In this document: positions 18,251 through 31,446 of the stretch, one piece after another | Position numbering within the stretch: position 1 is the first letter of the stretch | Layout of the letters: each line of letters begins with the position of its first letter | NCBI RefSeq assembly: GCF_009914755.1 | Contig: NC_060925.1 | Source: the human T2T-CHM13v2.0 reference genome, Homo sapiens | Reading direction: 5' to 3' (one strand) | Length of the DNA stretch: 64,000 nucleotides | The notes under the pieces: generated by a model | The model's database searches: none | What the model saw: the letters and a program-made list of their open reading frames with translations, nothing else | What the model was told of the DNA's origin: nothing | Program-made: the position numbers and the translations under genes

Positions 18251-20664
18251 TAAATGCAGCCCATATTTTATTAGCAATGAGGAATACCAGCTAGCACTCT
18301 CTGACATAAAAGGACATTGACAAATGTCACAGAGCTACCTGAACTTTGGTTTTGTTTCTGTACTCCACCAGCAATTTGGAAATAATAAATGAGAATAGTC
18401 TATAACAGTGAGGGTTCTTAATTGAGATCTCTAAAATTTCTTTTAATATGGTTGCTAGATCACAATTTTTGGAGTAGTACAGATATCCCTAGGGTGATTG
18501 GACTGTGTCTGGTCAGAACTGTTTGCTGTGTGCCTTTACCCTATTTGTTTGATACTCCACTGCCATGACACAAAGAGATAGATGTATATGAGATATCTGA
18601 GACACAGTATCTTAGAACAGATGCTTGTATAGTCTGATGATGGAGATGCAAAATAGATTCTCTTCAAGATTAGTCTATTTACGTGGAGTTATAGATTCAC
18701 ACCGTCTGGATACAAACACAAGCAAGCATTAATGTCTTGGTCCTGCTGAAGTCTAGTGGGAAAGAGAATGGAGGATCCCTGGCAAAGAAGAGATGAAGTC
18801 TTCAAATCTCAAACCACTCCAGGCAGAGTGTGGTGCAATTGTTCCGATAGCCACAGATCCTGTGAGATCTGGATCACTTTATCAGTGGATCCCAACTGGT
18901 ACAAGAGCAGCAGCGTGGGTTAGCTGAGTGCCCCACTGCCTCAGGCTGTGCTGGAGAGCTAGCCATAGTACCATCCTCTAATAAGGCCGGAGGAGATAGT
19001 CCTGACCCTTGTCAGAAGTAGCAGGGCAAGCAGAGATTGGGCTTCTAGCTTCACCAATGGTAATTAACTGTGCACATGTTGTACCGACAAGTATCAAAAG
19101 TGGCTAGGCATTCATGAGCAGGAGACCTCAGACTAAAGTAACTCATTCTCCAATCTTTTAAAAATGTATACCTAAGAGCCAACACACATTGCTTTTGAAA
19201 AAAACTGATATGTTAAGCTCTGGTTGCATGGTTGCAACCGCTGGTTTTATACCCAAGCCCTAAAAGCTTTTTTTTTTTTTTAAACTATTTCAGGGTCAAT
19301 CTGAAGAGTAACGAGAGGAAGATAAAAAGCATGGGAAGAGGATCTCTGTGCCTTCTTCCCAAGACAGCATCCAATAAAAATGCTGAAGAAACTATTTGCA
19401 GATTTCCAATAAGATAAGAAATCCTTCCTTCAAATGCAAAGAAAAAATCTTTTTATTCATTCAACAAATATTTATTGAATGCTGATTCCATCAGGCTTGG
19501 TGCCTTTAATTATATAATTTTTCATTGTGCATTTATGAGTTTACACCATACAGGTTACACGTGGCAAGCTTTTACCCTGGCCTGACTTTCCAGCCAGCCA
19601 ACATGTTTCTCCGCTCCTTCTCTCTCCCCATATACTTGTCTTTCCTTTTCTCCTACTCTCCTTTCATCCAACTGCTGCCAAATATCTTCCAAATGCAGAA
19701 GGACTACAAACTAATTTTACTATTAGCTTAAGCAAAGCAAATAAGATGTAAATCCTCTGCCAAAAAAGTCAAAGAGTGCATTCCAAAGTCCCATTTTTAT
19801 AAGCAATTTTTAAATAATCTTTGATTCATGACACTGTTCTTCTTCCATTAACTGAGAGTTAATTACGTGACCTCTTCTTTTTACCACCTGAGATTCTAGA
19901 ATTAAATTCAGCATGCTAAGAGTTCCTGTTACTTTCTGCTGGGGTGAACAGCCACCATTATTATACTAAAATACACAGAAAGTCAGCTCAGTTCATTAGC
20001 ACCTCTACCCAATCCCACCCGCAGTTTGCTTGGTGCTTGTATATGACCTTTGAGAGTTCCCATGGCACAGGCAACTTTCTGGATCACTAAGTCCATATGT
20101 CAGCACAAAATTTCATGAAAACCACAGGTGAAAACATGGTGAAGTAGCTCTGAAACTAATATTGTAAGGATCCAAATTGATATCCAGAGATAGAGCATCT
20201 CATAACCCAAAACTTGTGCCAGGAAATTCTTCTAGTCCATTTAACCTTTGCTGCCTCTCCAAGTCTCTCCCTCTCATTGAGATGTATCTGCTTGGTTCTC
20301 TAGAATTAACTCTCCTAGGCATTTGTTTTCACAAACCTTTAATTCGTATCTTTTTTTTCTCTTCTTCTCTTTCTCCTCTTCTTCCTCTTCCTTCTTTCTG
20401 TTTCCTTCTTTTATTCTTCTGATTTCCAATTATTTTTAAAATCCCATGCCTTTCTTTTCTCCAAATGACATTTGCTAATGCTGTCAAATGAAGTCCAAAA
20501 CTAAATTTAATTTTCTGATTGCCACTAGAGATGTTATGCACACAATGCTGCCAGAGTGTCCTTCCAACATGTAAATAAGATCATATTACTCTGCTGCACA
20601 AAATTCTTCAACTATCCTTATTAGGATCTCAAAGTTAAATCAAGCTTCTTTACCAAGGCCTTCA

Positions 20665-21070
20665 TGTATTCATTTGATCAAATGAATGTATATTTACTGA
20701 GAGACTATTATGCATGATTCTAACACATACAAATATAATATTAAACAAAATGTCATGCTTGCTTTGGCAGCACATATACTAAACTGGAATGATTCAGAGA
20801 AGATTAGCATGGCCTTTGCACGTGGATGACATGCAAATTCATGAAGTGTTCCATTAAATCAAAATGCCTTATATCCTCATGGAATTTACATTCTAGTACG
20901 GGGAGGCAGGGGAGAGACAGAGAATATAATTTTTGGTATAAAATATGAAGAAAATAAAAAAGTTATAAGGGGAAAGAGTGACTAAAGGAGGGACCTCTTT
21001 AGCTAGGATGGTTAGGGAAGGCCTCTCTGAGGCAGTGACAGTTGACCTGAGACCTGAATAACAAGAATAA
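20665..21070 (-). mobile_element. L2 3' fragment hosting the U6 retrocopy
   Basis: tatttactgag..cctcatggaatttacattctagt..gggaaggcctctctgaggcagtgacagttgacctgagacctgaa. Confidence 0.65.
20755..20855 (+). pseudogene. U6 snRNA retropseudogene (RNU6-type)
   Basis: About 15 differences over U6 nt 1-101 (GGCAGCACATATACTAAA, CAGAGAAGATTAGCATGGCC, GGATGACA.GCAAATTC retained); imperfect TSD aaacaaaatgtc (20743-20754)/aaatcaaaatgcc (20856-20868); upstream is L2, not a U6 promoter. Confidence 0.95.
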
Positions 21071-21756
21071 TAAACTCTTAAGATTAAATTGTTAGTTACC
21101 TGTGAAATTCAGTTATAAAAATGAATTTTTCCCTTATAATATGAATTTTACTTTGTAAGAAATATTTTGAATAGCAATCTAACTTTGTCTATTTTTATAT
21201 ACTGCTTCCTTGCAGACTAAATCTTTGTATTTGTGTGTGTCCTGTAAGTTAATAGAATTTTACAGTCCAAGAGAGCAAACTCCCTTCCTTCTAGTCAGTC
21301 CTGCTGCTACTCAAAATATGGGTCTTATGGGGCTTGTGACTCCTAAGCATTGTGAGACCTTGGGCAAATGGGTTTCCTTTTCAGGCAGAAAATGAGAACA
21401 GCTACTATCTAAGACCCCTTCCAAGTCTAAAATATCTAAAATGACATTATTTCACTTTGAGTCATATGTTTATGATCTACAAAAAACTAGCACCTAAATT
21501 GACAAAAATCTATTCATCTATGAAACAATGTTTTAATGGCATAGAAGGTAATTAATAATGATTGATGTATTTACTAAGTTTTAAAAATTAATTTGTCAGT
21601 TAACCTCTTCTAGATCTATTATGTATGCTAAGAGGTTTAATTCTTGAATGTTAGTGTTTTGGCTTCTTGTAAATTCCAATGGCTGTAGTTTTAGAAAACC
21701 TAATGAATGGCCTTATCTTTTCAGTTGCAAATAGGATAAACAAAAGGAAAATTGGA

Positions 21757-21990
21757 CAATAATAGGTAACACTGATTGAGGTCTTATTACGAACCATGCT
21801 CTGTTCTAAGTCTCCTTATGTGAAAATTAACTTACTCCTCACAGCACTGAGATAGGTCATTATACTCTTTTCACAGATCAAGACATCAAGGGGTGATTAA
21901 TAATTGAAAACTATTCAATGGTAAAGCTGGAATTTGATCACTAGCACTCTGATATTAGGGGCTATATTTTAATTACTACACAATACTATA
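21757..21990 (-). mobile_element. MIR
   Basis: actgattgaggtcttattac..ttttcacagatcaagacatcaagg..agctggaatttgat. Confidence 0.6.
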
Positions 21991-22308
21991 CTCTTAAACA
22001 CTATACTGAAAAGACCCTAGGTAGATGAAGGCAAATTTGCACTTAACAATAGGGCTATGAGAGACAGAGAAATTACAAAAGTTCTTACAGTTTTTTAAAG
22101 ATAAATTTATATCTCCACCAAAAGAAATAGCAATCACTGTAGTGGACAAATATATTATATAATGCCCTTTGCCAAGTCATAATATACAGGTAAGAGGAAG
22201 AGTGGAAGTGAAATTCACATACTCCTTTAGACCTCTGTGCAGGCAAGGGATCAAGACCACAACTAAAACTGAGAAGAAAGTACATGCTAATACCAGTAAT
22301 TAACTTCT

Positions 22309-22447
22309 TGAATTAGCATGAGTTATATCTATGGTCAACATGAATTGCATTTTTTCCCCATTTACCACCTATCTTAGGTTATATCTAGCCATAGATACAA
22401 CTCAAGCTAATTCATGAGGTGTATCTCACAAGTTATATCTATGGTCA
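22309..22447. repeat. 26-bp inverted repeat plus exact 17-bp direct repeat
   Basis: 22309-22334 vs reverse complement of 22389-22414 is 24/26; agttatatctatggtca at 22321 and 22431. Confidence 0.9.
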
Positions 22448-23284
22448 GTTTCAGGTTTCTTGATTATAACTTAATAGAGATATGATCACTAGGGTCCTGC
22501 CAAATAGCAGTGAAATATGACTCCAGGAACCATATTACACACATGTCCAATAAGCATTATGTAAAATTAGGCCAGTGGGCATGTATGTTTAAGAAATAGA
22601 TGCAAACTAAACACAGGGTTTGTTTGTTTGTTTTGCATGTACATAAAAGAAAAGAGATTCACAGGAATAAGTCAGCGTGTTGCTGGTTCTAGGGACTACT
22701 TTTTTCTTTCTTTCTTAACAAAGAAAGAAGTTCTGTCCATTTGGCTGAAAAGAGGAATCACATTGGGTCCACTATCATAACTCACCAGAAGACCCAATAG
22801 GCACTGTGATGCAAACTATTATTGTTCAGTGAATGGACTCTGATGGGGGATTCTTAGAGGAGGGATTGCCACCATCACTCTGGCTATTACTGACCAGTCT
22901 CCTAGACCTAACAGACAAAGCCTCAGAAGGAACATGATACTGCCTAAGTCTTGATTGTGAGAGGACACCTGTTCTTTCCAGGGTTTTTCAGAGTTGCACA
23001 GTCCACTACCAGGGATTGGTTTAGCCCAAGCAGCTATAAAGGTATATTTACCTCCTGCTCGAGTCAATTTCATATATAACCTTTACCACGTGCAAGGCAT
23101 TTGAAATGAGGCATTAGCAGAGGATAGAAATGAATAAAATACAGTCTCTGCACTCAAAAATCTGCTTTTTAACAAAATATGTAACTATAATACAAGGCAA
23201 AGTGAAATTCATTCTAATGACATTCTCGGAGAGGAGCTACAGGAGGACAGAGATTTGAGATCCTTAAAATTTAGTGTATCACAT

Positions 23285-23870
23285 GGAATTAGGATGGATC
23301 ACTCAGTTGCAAGCAAAAGACAACATCTCTAGCTAATGTGAGCAGAGAATAGTTTTAATAAAAGGGTATTGGGTATCTTACAAAAGCTCTAGAAGGGCCA
23401 GGTATGGAAGCTTGGCAAACAAAAGCAGTGTCCAAAATCACATACAGCAGAGCTGGTCTGATGAAGACACAACTGCGCAAGAGCTGGACACAAAGTCCAC
23501 AATGTGTACTTCCAACTCATGGGCAGTAGGCACATATTCGGTCCCCAGAGCCACTTTCTACTGCCTCAGAAAACTCAGTGTTGCTGCTGCCATTCTCTCC
23601 AGAACAGAGTCCATGCGGTCCTTCCTTTTCCATGTTATCAGCATCCAGCTTTGAGCATGGAGTGGCTATCCCTCATTGCCAAGGTCTGGGTCACGTGCCC
23701 ACTCCTAAGCTCCCAGGGTCTAGGCGAACAATTGTGATGTTTTCAGCTTCTCTAGTAGGAGCCAGCTCTTTATAATGTAATGGAGGGTGGGGGACTCACA
23801 AACATATGAAGAATGCTCAAATGCTGGGAGACCAAAATTCATTGCAACCATCCATTCCATGAAGGAAGCC
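23285..23870 (-). mobile_element. ERVL LTR (LTR33-like)
   Basis: cagttgcaagcaaaagaca..tctagctaat start and ctgggtcacgtgcccactcctaagct motif. Confidence 0.45.
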
Positions 23871-25069
23871 ACACCAAACACTCAGCTTAAGGTCAGAAGA
23901 TCTGTAGTCAGCCCATTTTGGCTTTCATGTCTTCTTTCCTTTGTTCAGTGAGATAATGCTTTTTATCTCTCATTACCATCCTCTATTTCTTTTTGTCTTA
24001 GAGCATTTTACAGTTTCCTTGTTGAGATAATCTCAGCTGGGACTCCTAAGATTTATTTAATCATGGTATTTTCATTTGGGCCCAGGATTATAAACAAGGC
24101 AATATTAAAGGGCCAAATGTTTAATTAAAGGAAAAAATTATAATTCTTTGAAATTAGAAGATGATGTAGAAGAAAAATAGGTACTATGGCATATATTTTC
24201 AAAGAGACAATTGGCAATAATTGATGGAGGTGGATCGTTCATCTCACAACCAAGGTAAGTTTGACATTACAGAACTAGAGGTGACACAATCAGCTATTTG
24301 TTTCCAGACAATAAGCAACATGCAATACAATAAAGTTAATGATGCAGAATGATTTTAGCAATGGAAAAATGCAATAAAGAGGAAAACCTCACCCAAGCAT
24401 TTAACAGGATAATATGGAACAGGTTTCTCTAAGAGGCTCTGATTCACTAATAGACACTCCCTTGATTTCCTCTAATTATTAAGTGAAAAACTTTTACTAA
24501 CTAAAAAGAATTTTAAGTCAAATAATCATACAGCACAAAAATAGAAGATTTAAGTCATTCCCTCTGAATTTCAGGCTCATGTATACAAATGTCTACTAGA
24601 AGTTCTACTTAGACACTCTTAAGTATATCCCCCTAACTGAACTCATTATCTTTTTGCCAATTCCTGTTCCCTTTCTAGAATTTCCTATTTAGTGAATGAT
24701 GCCCCGATATACCCAGGCAACCAACCAGGTACTAGAAAGTTGCCAGCGAGTCTTCCCTTGCCTAACGTCCTCCATCTAATCTATCCCAAAATTCCTCAAA
24801 TTTTATATTCTAAATATGTTCACAGTCTCCCTGCTTCTCTTTGTCCTCATCATCACATCAACATACCCCAGCTGAAATGACAGCATCTTGCACAGGAATT
24901 ATGGCCATGTGCTCACACCTGCCTTTCCAGTGGGCCTGGAAACCAGGGACCAGAGAACCATCCCCACACTGCAGTCAGAAAGAAAGCTGCTGAAATACAG
25001 TGCACTTCATAGCTCCTCCTTGGGTGGATTTTTCTTTTTTCTTTCTTTCTTTCTTTCTTTCTTTTTAAT

Positions 25070-25290
25070 TCAGATGAATCTGTTTTCGAATTCTGACTTT
25101 TCCACTTATTAGTGAGATGGTCTTGGGCAAGTTACTCAACTTCTAAGCCTCAGCATCTACATTTTAAAAATGAAAAATAATGCTTTTTAAAATGGAGATT
25201 AGTCTAAGGATTAAATGAGAAAATGTACGGAAAATTCCTAGCACAGTAGCCAGCATAAAGTAAATCTTTCAGTGAAATTTTTCATAATCA
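25070..25290 (+). mobile_element. MIR
   Basis: tcttgggcaagttactcaacttctaagcctcag..ggattaaatgagaaaatgta. Confidence 0.7.
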
Positions 25291-25818
25291 CTATCAGGAA
25301 TTAAAGTCTTTTTGATGTGGGTTCCCAATCAGAGGAGAATTCTAATACAAAGCAGATTTCTTTGCTAAAATAAAGAAGCAGAAAGGACCATGGATAAAGA
25401 GTTATTTGCATGCCATAAGAAGCACCATGTAACTTATGACACCCTTGGAATCTCCTAAGGGAAAAGGCAAAAAGGAGGTTGTTTACTTCTCAGTGGGAAT
25501 AGTGTTCAAATGCAAAAAAGAATTCCACTGAGACGCATGAGAAGTGACAGAAGAAACAGCTGCTGTGCCATTAAATGTTTTACAGGTATTTATTCATTTA
25601 TGTATTCATCAAACATTTATTAAGCACCTACCATGTGCTCTATGCTTCTCACTGGAAATACCAACAATAGAATTCAAAGTATGCTTTTAGAAAAATTCAC
25701 AGAGAAAACCATAATTTCACGTGCTTTATATGATAATACAAATGCACTCCACGTCCTTTGAGATCTACAAGACAAACATAGAGAGGGGAAGGAATTGAAG
25801 GCAGTGACCAGAGTACAA

Positions 25819-25863
25819 GGAAAAGGAAGGGAGAAGGAAGGGAGAAGGAAGGGAGAAGGAAGG
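25819..25863. repeat. Polypurine 11-mer tandem (GAAGGGAGAAG)x3
   Basis: Directly visible. Confidence 0.85.
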
Positions 25864-26559
25864 TCAACTGAGTCAAAGAGTAGCACCTTGACAAACTCAG
25901 ATATTGGAGTTCTGGTTGACAAGTCAGCGATGAGTCCAAGGTGAGTCTTTCGATGTCGTTGAAACATGCATCTGGTTGTGGCAGGCCCTTGCTTTGTAGT
26001 GGGATACCAACCTGGGGCAATAACATAATAAGTTTAGTACTATTGGCTCTGGAGCCCAGTTTCATCTGAGTGCCTCTAGATCATGCATTTCTCCATATCC
26101 AAGCTTAGTTCATTCAAAAGACCAATATCTCTGTAGCTCCTTTACCACTAAGACACACAAGAGGGATTAAATCAGCCCTTCTTCAGGGCCACTCTGTGTG
26201 TCTGCTTCTACCTGACCAAACTCTCATTTCTGATATCTCTCTCTCTGTCCCTCTCTCCCTCTCTCTCTCTCTATCTCTATTTCTATCTTTATGTATTTCT
26301 GCCTCTCTCACTCCCCTTCCCCTACCCTCTCTTCTGCACATCACCCCTTCATATCTCCATTTAGTCACCCAACTCCCCCTCATAATATTTCCTCCAGTAT
26401 CTTCTTGCCTCAGTTACTCATGGCATTCTCTTCAGCCTGGTTATTGAGAGCCCCAGAGAAAGAAAAAGGAAATATAGCCCCCCAGTTCCAATCTCATCTC
26501 CTTCTCGGTGAAAACTGTGGTTCCCCTAACTTCTTTACTAATACTGAAGTCACATTACC

Positions 26560-26750
26560 TGAATTTTAATTCCAGACCTACCTCTACCTGTAAAACCTTC
26601 AGAAAGCTATTTAACCTCTGTGCCTCAGTTTCTTCATCTGTAAAATGGGGATAATCACAGTATCTTCTAATGCTGTTTAATGATTAAATGAATTAATACA
26701 TATAAAGTCTTAGAATACCTATTATATATTGAGTGGTAAGTGTTATTATC
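26560..26750 (+). mobile_element. MIR
   Basis: tttaacctctgtgcctcagtttcttcatctgtaaaatggggataat core. Confidence 0.8.
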
Positions 26751-27059
26751 TCCTATGAAGAAGAACACTTTAAAAATACTCATTATATTCATTAACATTC
26801 CTCAGGAAAAAAATCCATATCTTTGGAGGAAATAACATTTTGCCAGTAGACACAGTGTTAGATTAACTCTTTAGGTTAACTATCTCACCCCACTCCCTGC
26901 TTGTACTGAGAAACACTTGACTGCTCCTGCTTGACATGAGCCTCGCTGAGGTATAAGGCATGCCAACACCTTGGTATTCACCTTGCTGTCAAGACAGAAA
27001 GGCACCAGCTTTGATGCTGCAGCTCACATTCAATCCTTTGTTCTCTCAGAGCTGATTCA

Positions 27060-28000
27060 AAAGGTCTTAAGAACACCATGAGGGTTCATCGATCATACCA
27101 GTGTGTTTGGATTTTAATTTCCAGGCAGTGGGGATGCACCAAGATTCTTGAAGGAGGAAAATGCTGATCAAATTTCCATTTTAGAAAAAGAAATCTGGCA
27201 GCAATTTATGTAGCTGTATTGAATTGGAGGTAGGAGAAGCTGGAGGCAGGGAAACCATGCAGTGTGCTGGTAGGAGTGAATATAGCTCAGCGGTAAGCGT
27301 CTGACAGCACACTGAAGGCACAGTTGAAATAGTCTAGGTGTGAGATGCTGAGGCCTGGCCTCAAGCATGGCAAAAAGAAAAATGGATTTCTTCTGAAGGA
27401 GACATGCTAGAATTTAGATATGCAGAAAAAGAACAGGTAGGTAGTGATACATGCTCTAAGAAAAACCTAAAGCAGGTAAGAGGATCAAAAGTGATGGCAA
27501 AGAGATGGGCAAAGGGGGTGCACTTTAGATAACAGTGTTCAGGGATGGCTTTGCTAAGAAGTGACACACTCAGATATCAGAATGAAGACAGAGAGAGCCA
27601 TGCAAATGTCTGGAGAATCGTAATCTAGGGGCAAAGGCACCAACACATGCCAAGGCTGTGAGATAGACTGCTGTTTGCACAACAGTAGTATGCCACTGTA
27701 GCTGTGATGTGGAAGCAGGGGGAATGTAACAGGAAATGAGGCAAGAGATTTGGCCCCAGGCCAACCCATGCAGGATCTCGCTGAGAGGTCAAGTGTAATG
27801 ACTGAGAAGATGCTATTGGATTTAACAATTAACAGGGCATTGATGACCACCGCGAGAGTAATTCAGTCAAGTGTTGTGGAAGGAAGCCAAATAGACTGCA
27901 GGAGTTGAGAAGTGGATTGCACAAGAGAAAGGAGAGATGGCTAGTACAAATTCTCCTTCCAGATATGTGTCAATGAAGGAAAGGAGAAAAGGCAGGTGCT
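27060..28000 (-). mobile_element. L2 fragments
   Basis: ggcagtggggatgcacc..ggaagctggaggcagggaaacc; atgactgagaagatgctattggatttaacaatt..ttgatgacc. Confidence 0.55.
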
Positions 28001-28569
28001 TGATCAGATTGCAGGGTTGAGAGAGGATAGGTAAACTCCTGTGCTAAGAGTGTGAGAATTGGATACATGTGGGAGCCTAGGAAGGGTGGAGAAAAGATAC
28101 AAGGAGAACAAGTGGCCTGGAACCAGGAAAGGGGTTGGGAGAGTGGCGGCCCACACCTAAGACATGTACAAAGACAGAAAGCCTGCAAGACAGCTTGAGA
28201 GGCTCTGCATCCAGTGAGGGTCAGTGCAGGACCCTGGGGAGCAGAGGGAAGTGGGTCAGGCCAGAGAGGACACCAGAAGGCAAATGGGAAGAGACAAGAG
28301 AGAAATAAGAATCATTGAGGAAGCTGATGGCCACACACCCGTGTCAACCCCTAGTGAAAGGAAATTGGTGATTAAGAGGAAAATCCACACTGTACAATCT
28401 CTATGCATTTAACATTGCATATTCACAGCTAATTCAATTCATATACAAGTTGTCTATATCCAACTATTTCCTTTGTGTCTGAAGTTCTGGTAAAGCATCT
28501 GCCATGTATGCTTGACTGACAAATACTTAAAATGGAACGTATTTCAATTTCAGTTATCAGGACGCTATA

Positions 28570-28800
28570 GAGTAGTGACTAAGAACATTGTCTCTGGCAC
28601 CAGACTGCTTGGGTTTGAACCCCTCCTCTGACAGTTACCAGCTCTGTGATCTTAAACAAGTTATTTAACCTCTATGCCTTATTTTTCTCAACCATAAAAT
28701 GGAAATAATACTCATACGTACCCTCACAGAGTTATTACGAATATTTATAAATCACTTAGAACAGGGTCTGTAAATGAACACTATATAAATATTTATTAAA
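28570..28800 (+). mobile_element. MIR
   Basis: ccagactgcttgggtttgaacc..aagttatttaacctctatgccttatttt..aaaatggaaataata. Confidence 0.75.
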
Positions 28801-28813
28801 AAATAAAATTAGT

Positions 28814-29120
<307 letters not shown>

Positions 29121-29250
29121 ATAAAATTAGCTTTTGAGCAACACTACTGCTAATCATTACACATAAATCAGCCTAATCCTCACAAAAAAAAAACTATAAG
29201 ATGGGCTATTGTTCTTATTTTACAAATGAGATAGGATAGCTAAGTGACTC

Positions 29251-29600
29251 CTGTCATCTGAATGTCTGTGTCCTACCAAAATCCATGTGTTGAAACCTAA
29301 TCCCCATTAGGTTTTAAGAGATTAGGCCTTTTAGAGTTGATTGAGTCATGGAGGTAAAGCCCTCATAAATGGGATTGGTGCCCTTAGAAAAGACCCTGGA
29401 GGACTGCCTTGCCCTTTCTACCATGTAGCAACACAGTAAGAAGGCACTATCTGTGAAGAACAAGCCCTCACCAGACACTGAATCTGATGGGGCATTGATC
29501 TTGAACTTCCCAGCCTCCAGAACCATAAGAAATAAATGTCTGTTGGTTATAAGCCACCCAATTTATGGTATTTTGTTATAGCATCCTAAATGAACTACAA
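29251..29600 (+). mobile_element. MLT1A0-like solo LTR inside a minus-strand MIR
   Basis: ctgaatgtctgtgtcc..gccctcaccagacactgaatctg..cttcccagcctccagaac..ggtattttgttatagca. Confidence 0.8.
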
Positions 29601-30419
29601 AAGTGACTTCTCCAAGATCACACAGCAAGGAAGAATAAGAACTGGAATTTGAACTCTGTTTACCTGACCCTAAAGCATGTGCTCCTTTCACTAAATTGCT
29701 GCAAAAGTTTTCCCTTGCAAAGGTTACATTTATGTGACAATTTCCAGGTATAGAATATCACTTATGTACTTAATGCTATGCTTTTTTGAGTGGTTTGTGT
29801 GGTGTGCTTTCATATACATCCCCAGCAATGGAATCCAAATCATCTCATACCACATGCACACATGCATGCACACACATACACACACACACAAACATATACA
29901 CTCCAAGCTGAACACTGAATCACATCCCAAGTTTTGAGGTTAAGTTTAAAGTATATTTATTTTGGTTTGGTTGTTTTAAACCTTTAATGGCATTTGATAC
30001 ATTAACTTTCTGCCACCCTGAAGTATTTTGAAAATGTCAACTGAAATGATTGATTTGCACTCACCTTTTAGAAGATTGCTCAAGCCCTACCACAAAACGT
30101 AGATGGCTTATTAAACAAAAATGAGCTATTTCCTTTATCTGTCTTAGGATTTCCTCCCATAAACAGCACAGGACATTTACATTCTGGATCCCTTGCTGGG
30201 GTGCAGCCTGCAGCTGCAGTCTAGGGCTTCCTAAATTCCGGTCCAGACTGCTCTGTGATGATGGTATCACAGATCTGCAGCAAAATGAGAAAAAATAAAA
30301 ATAAAAATATCCACATGCACTCACCCCCAGAAACATCTGAGTATGTTTGCTGAGGTTTCTTTTTTGGAAAGAATCATATTAGAGATGCAAGATCATATGA
30401 TGCTCAAGATCACAAAATC

Positions 30420-30650
30420 ATATATTCCAGAGCCTATCTTGCGGATTCAACTCCCAGCCTTACCATCTATCAGCAGATGACCCTAGTCAACTTCTCAACT
30501 CAGTGCCCAATTTCCTCTCGTATAAAATTAAGATGTTAGTTTCAACCTTTTAGTCTTTTTGTGAGGATTAATAGAGCTTATGCATATAAAGCATTTGGAA
30601 CATGCCTGGCACATAACACTCAAAACACATAATCCATTGGTATCATTATG
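30420..30650 (+). mobile_element. MIR
   Basis: ttgtgaggattaata..aagcatttggaacatgcctggcacataa. Confidence 0.7.
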
Positions 30651-31446
30651 ACATGTTGTTATTTCTACCTTTTTGGTTTTAGAAATATCCTTTACTTTTA
30701 TATATAATATCACTAATTCATGGTTGTTATAGAGGTTGATTTTGTTTTTTGGTATGTTTAGTTGTTGATTGTTTTAATATTCTTACTTGGTACAATTAAA
30801 AGGTTTAAACAATGTCACTAGCACATGGTGGTTGTTGATTCTTGTTCATTTTGTCAATTGTTGTTTTAATATACTTATTTGACAAAAGAAAAAGTTTGCA
30901 AACCTATGTCACCTTCAAATTATTTTTTAATATTTACTAGCCTATGAATCCCTTAAATTTGGGCATCAGTATTCATCTTTAGAAATTCTTTCAATAAAAT
31001 AGCTGCCTTACTAGTTCATGTGCAGTCATGAATTGTATCCAATTTTAATCCATCCATTTTAATCCAACCAAGTGGGATAAAAGAATACAGTACAGACAGG
31101 CTAGTGTAACTCCTGGAACACTTTCATCAACCTATCTAATTAAAGGCTGCAGCAGTTATTCAGGCAAGGCAGAAAGATTGTATCGGCTTAAGTAATGAAA
31201 CTAGGTTTATAATTTGAACATTTGAGGATGGAAGAAGGCAGTCTGTTCATTTGCTTTACACAATATCTCATGTAGTTGGCCCAATATTTTTCTTTTAAAT
31301 GTGAGATAACATCAATGTAGTCAGAATTTACTCTGCCTGCAAATATACAGAAGATCCTAAATTGAGCCTAAAACTTCTTAAAATCTCAGACTTCTGCAAA
31401 TATATTCTCAGACGATTATATCTGTTTTTGTGGTAAGCCTGTTAAG

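Noticed and set aside
24200-24260. Consensus donor CAAG|GTAAGT
   Set aside because: No convincing upstream acceptor
25494-25585. Possible 92-nt plus-strand exon with a small ctcagtgg/ccactgag stem
   Set aside because: Weak acceptor and donor; a 30-codon open frame is common by chance
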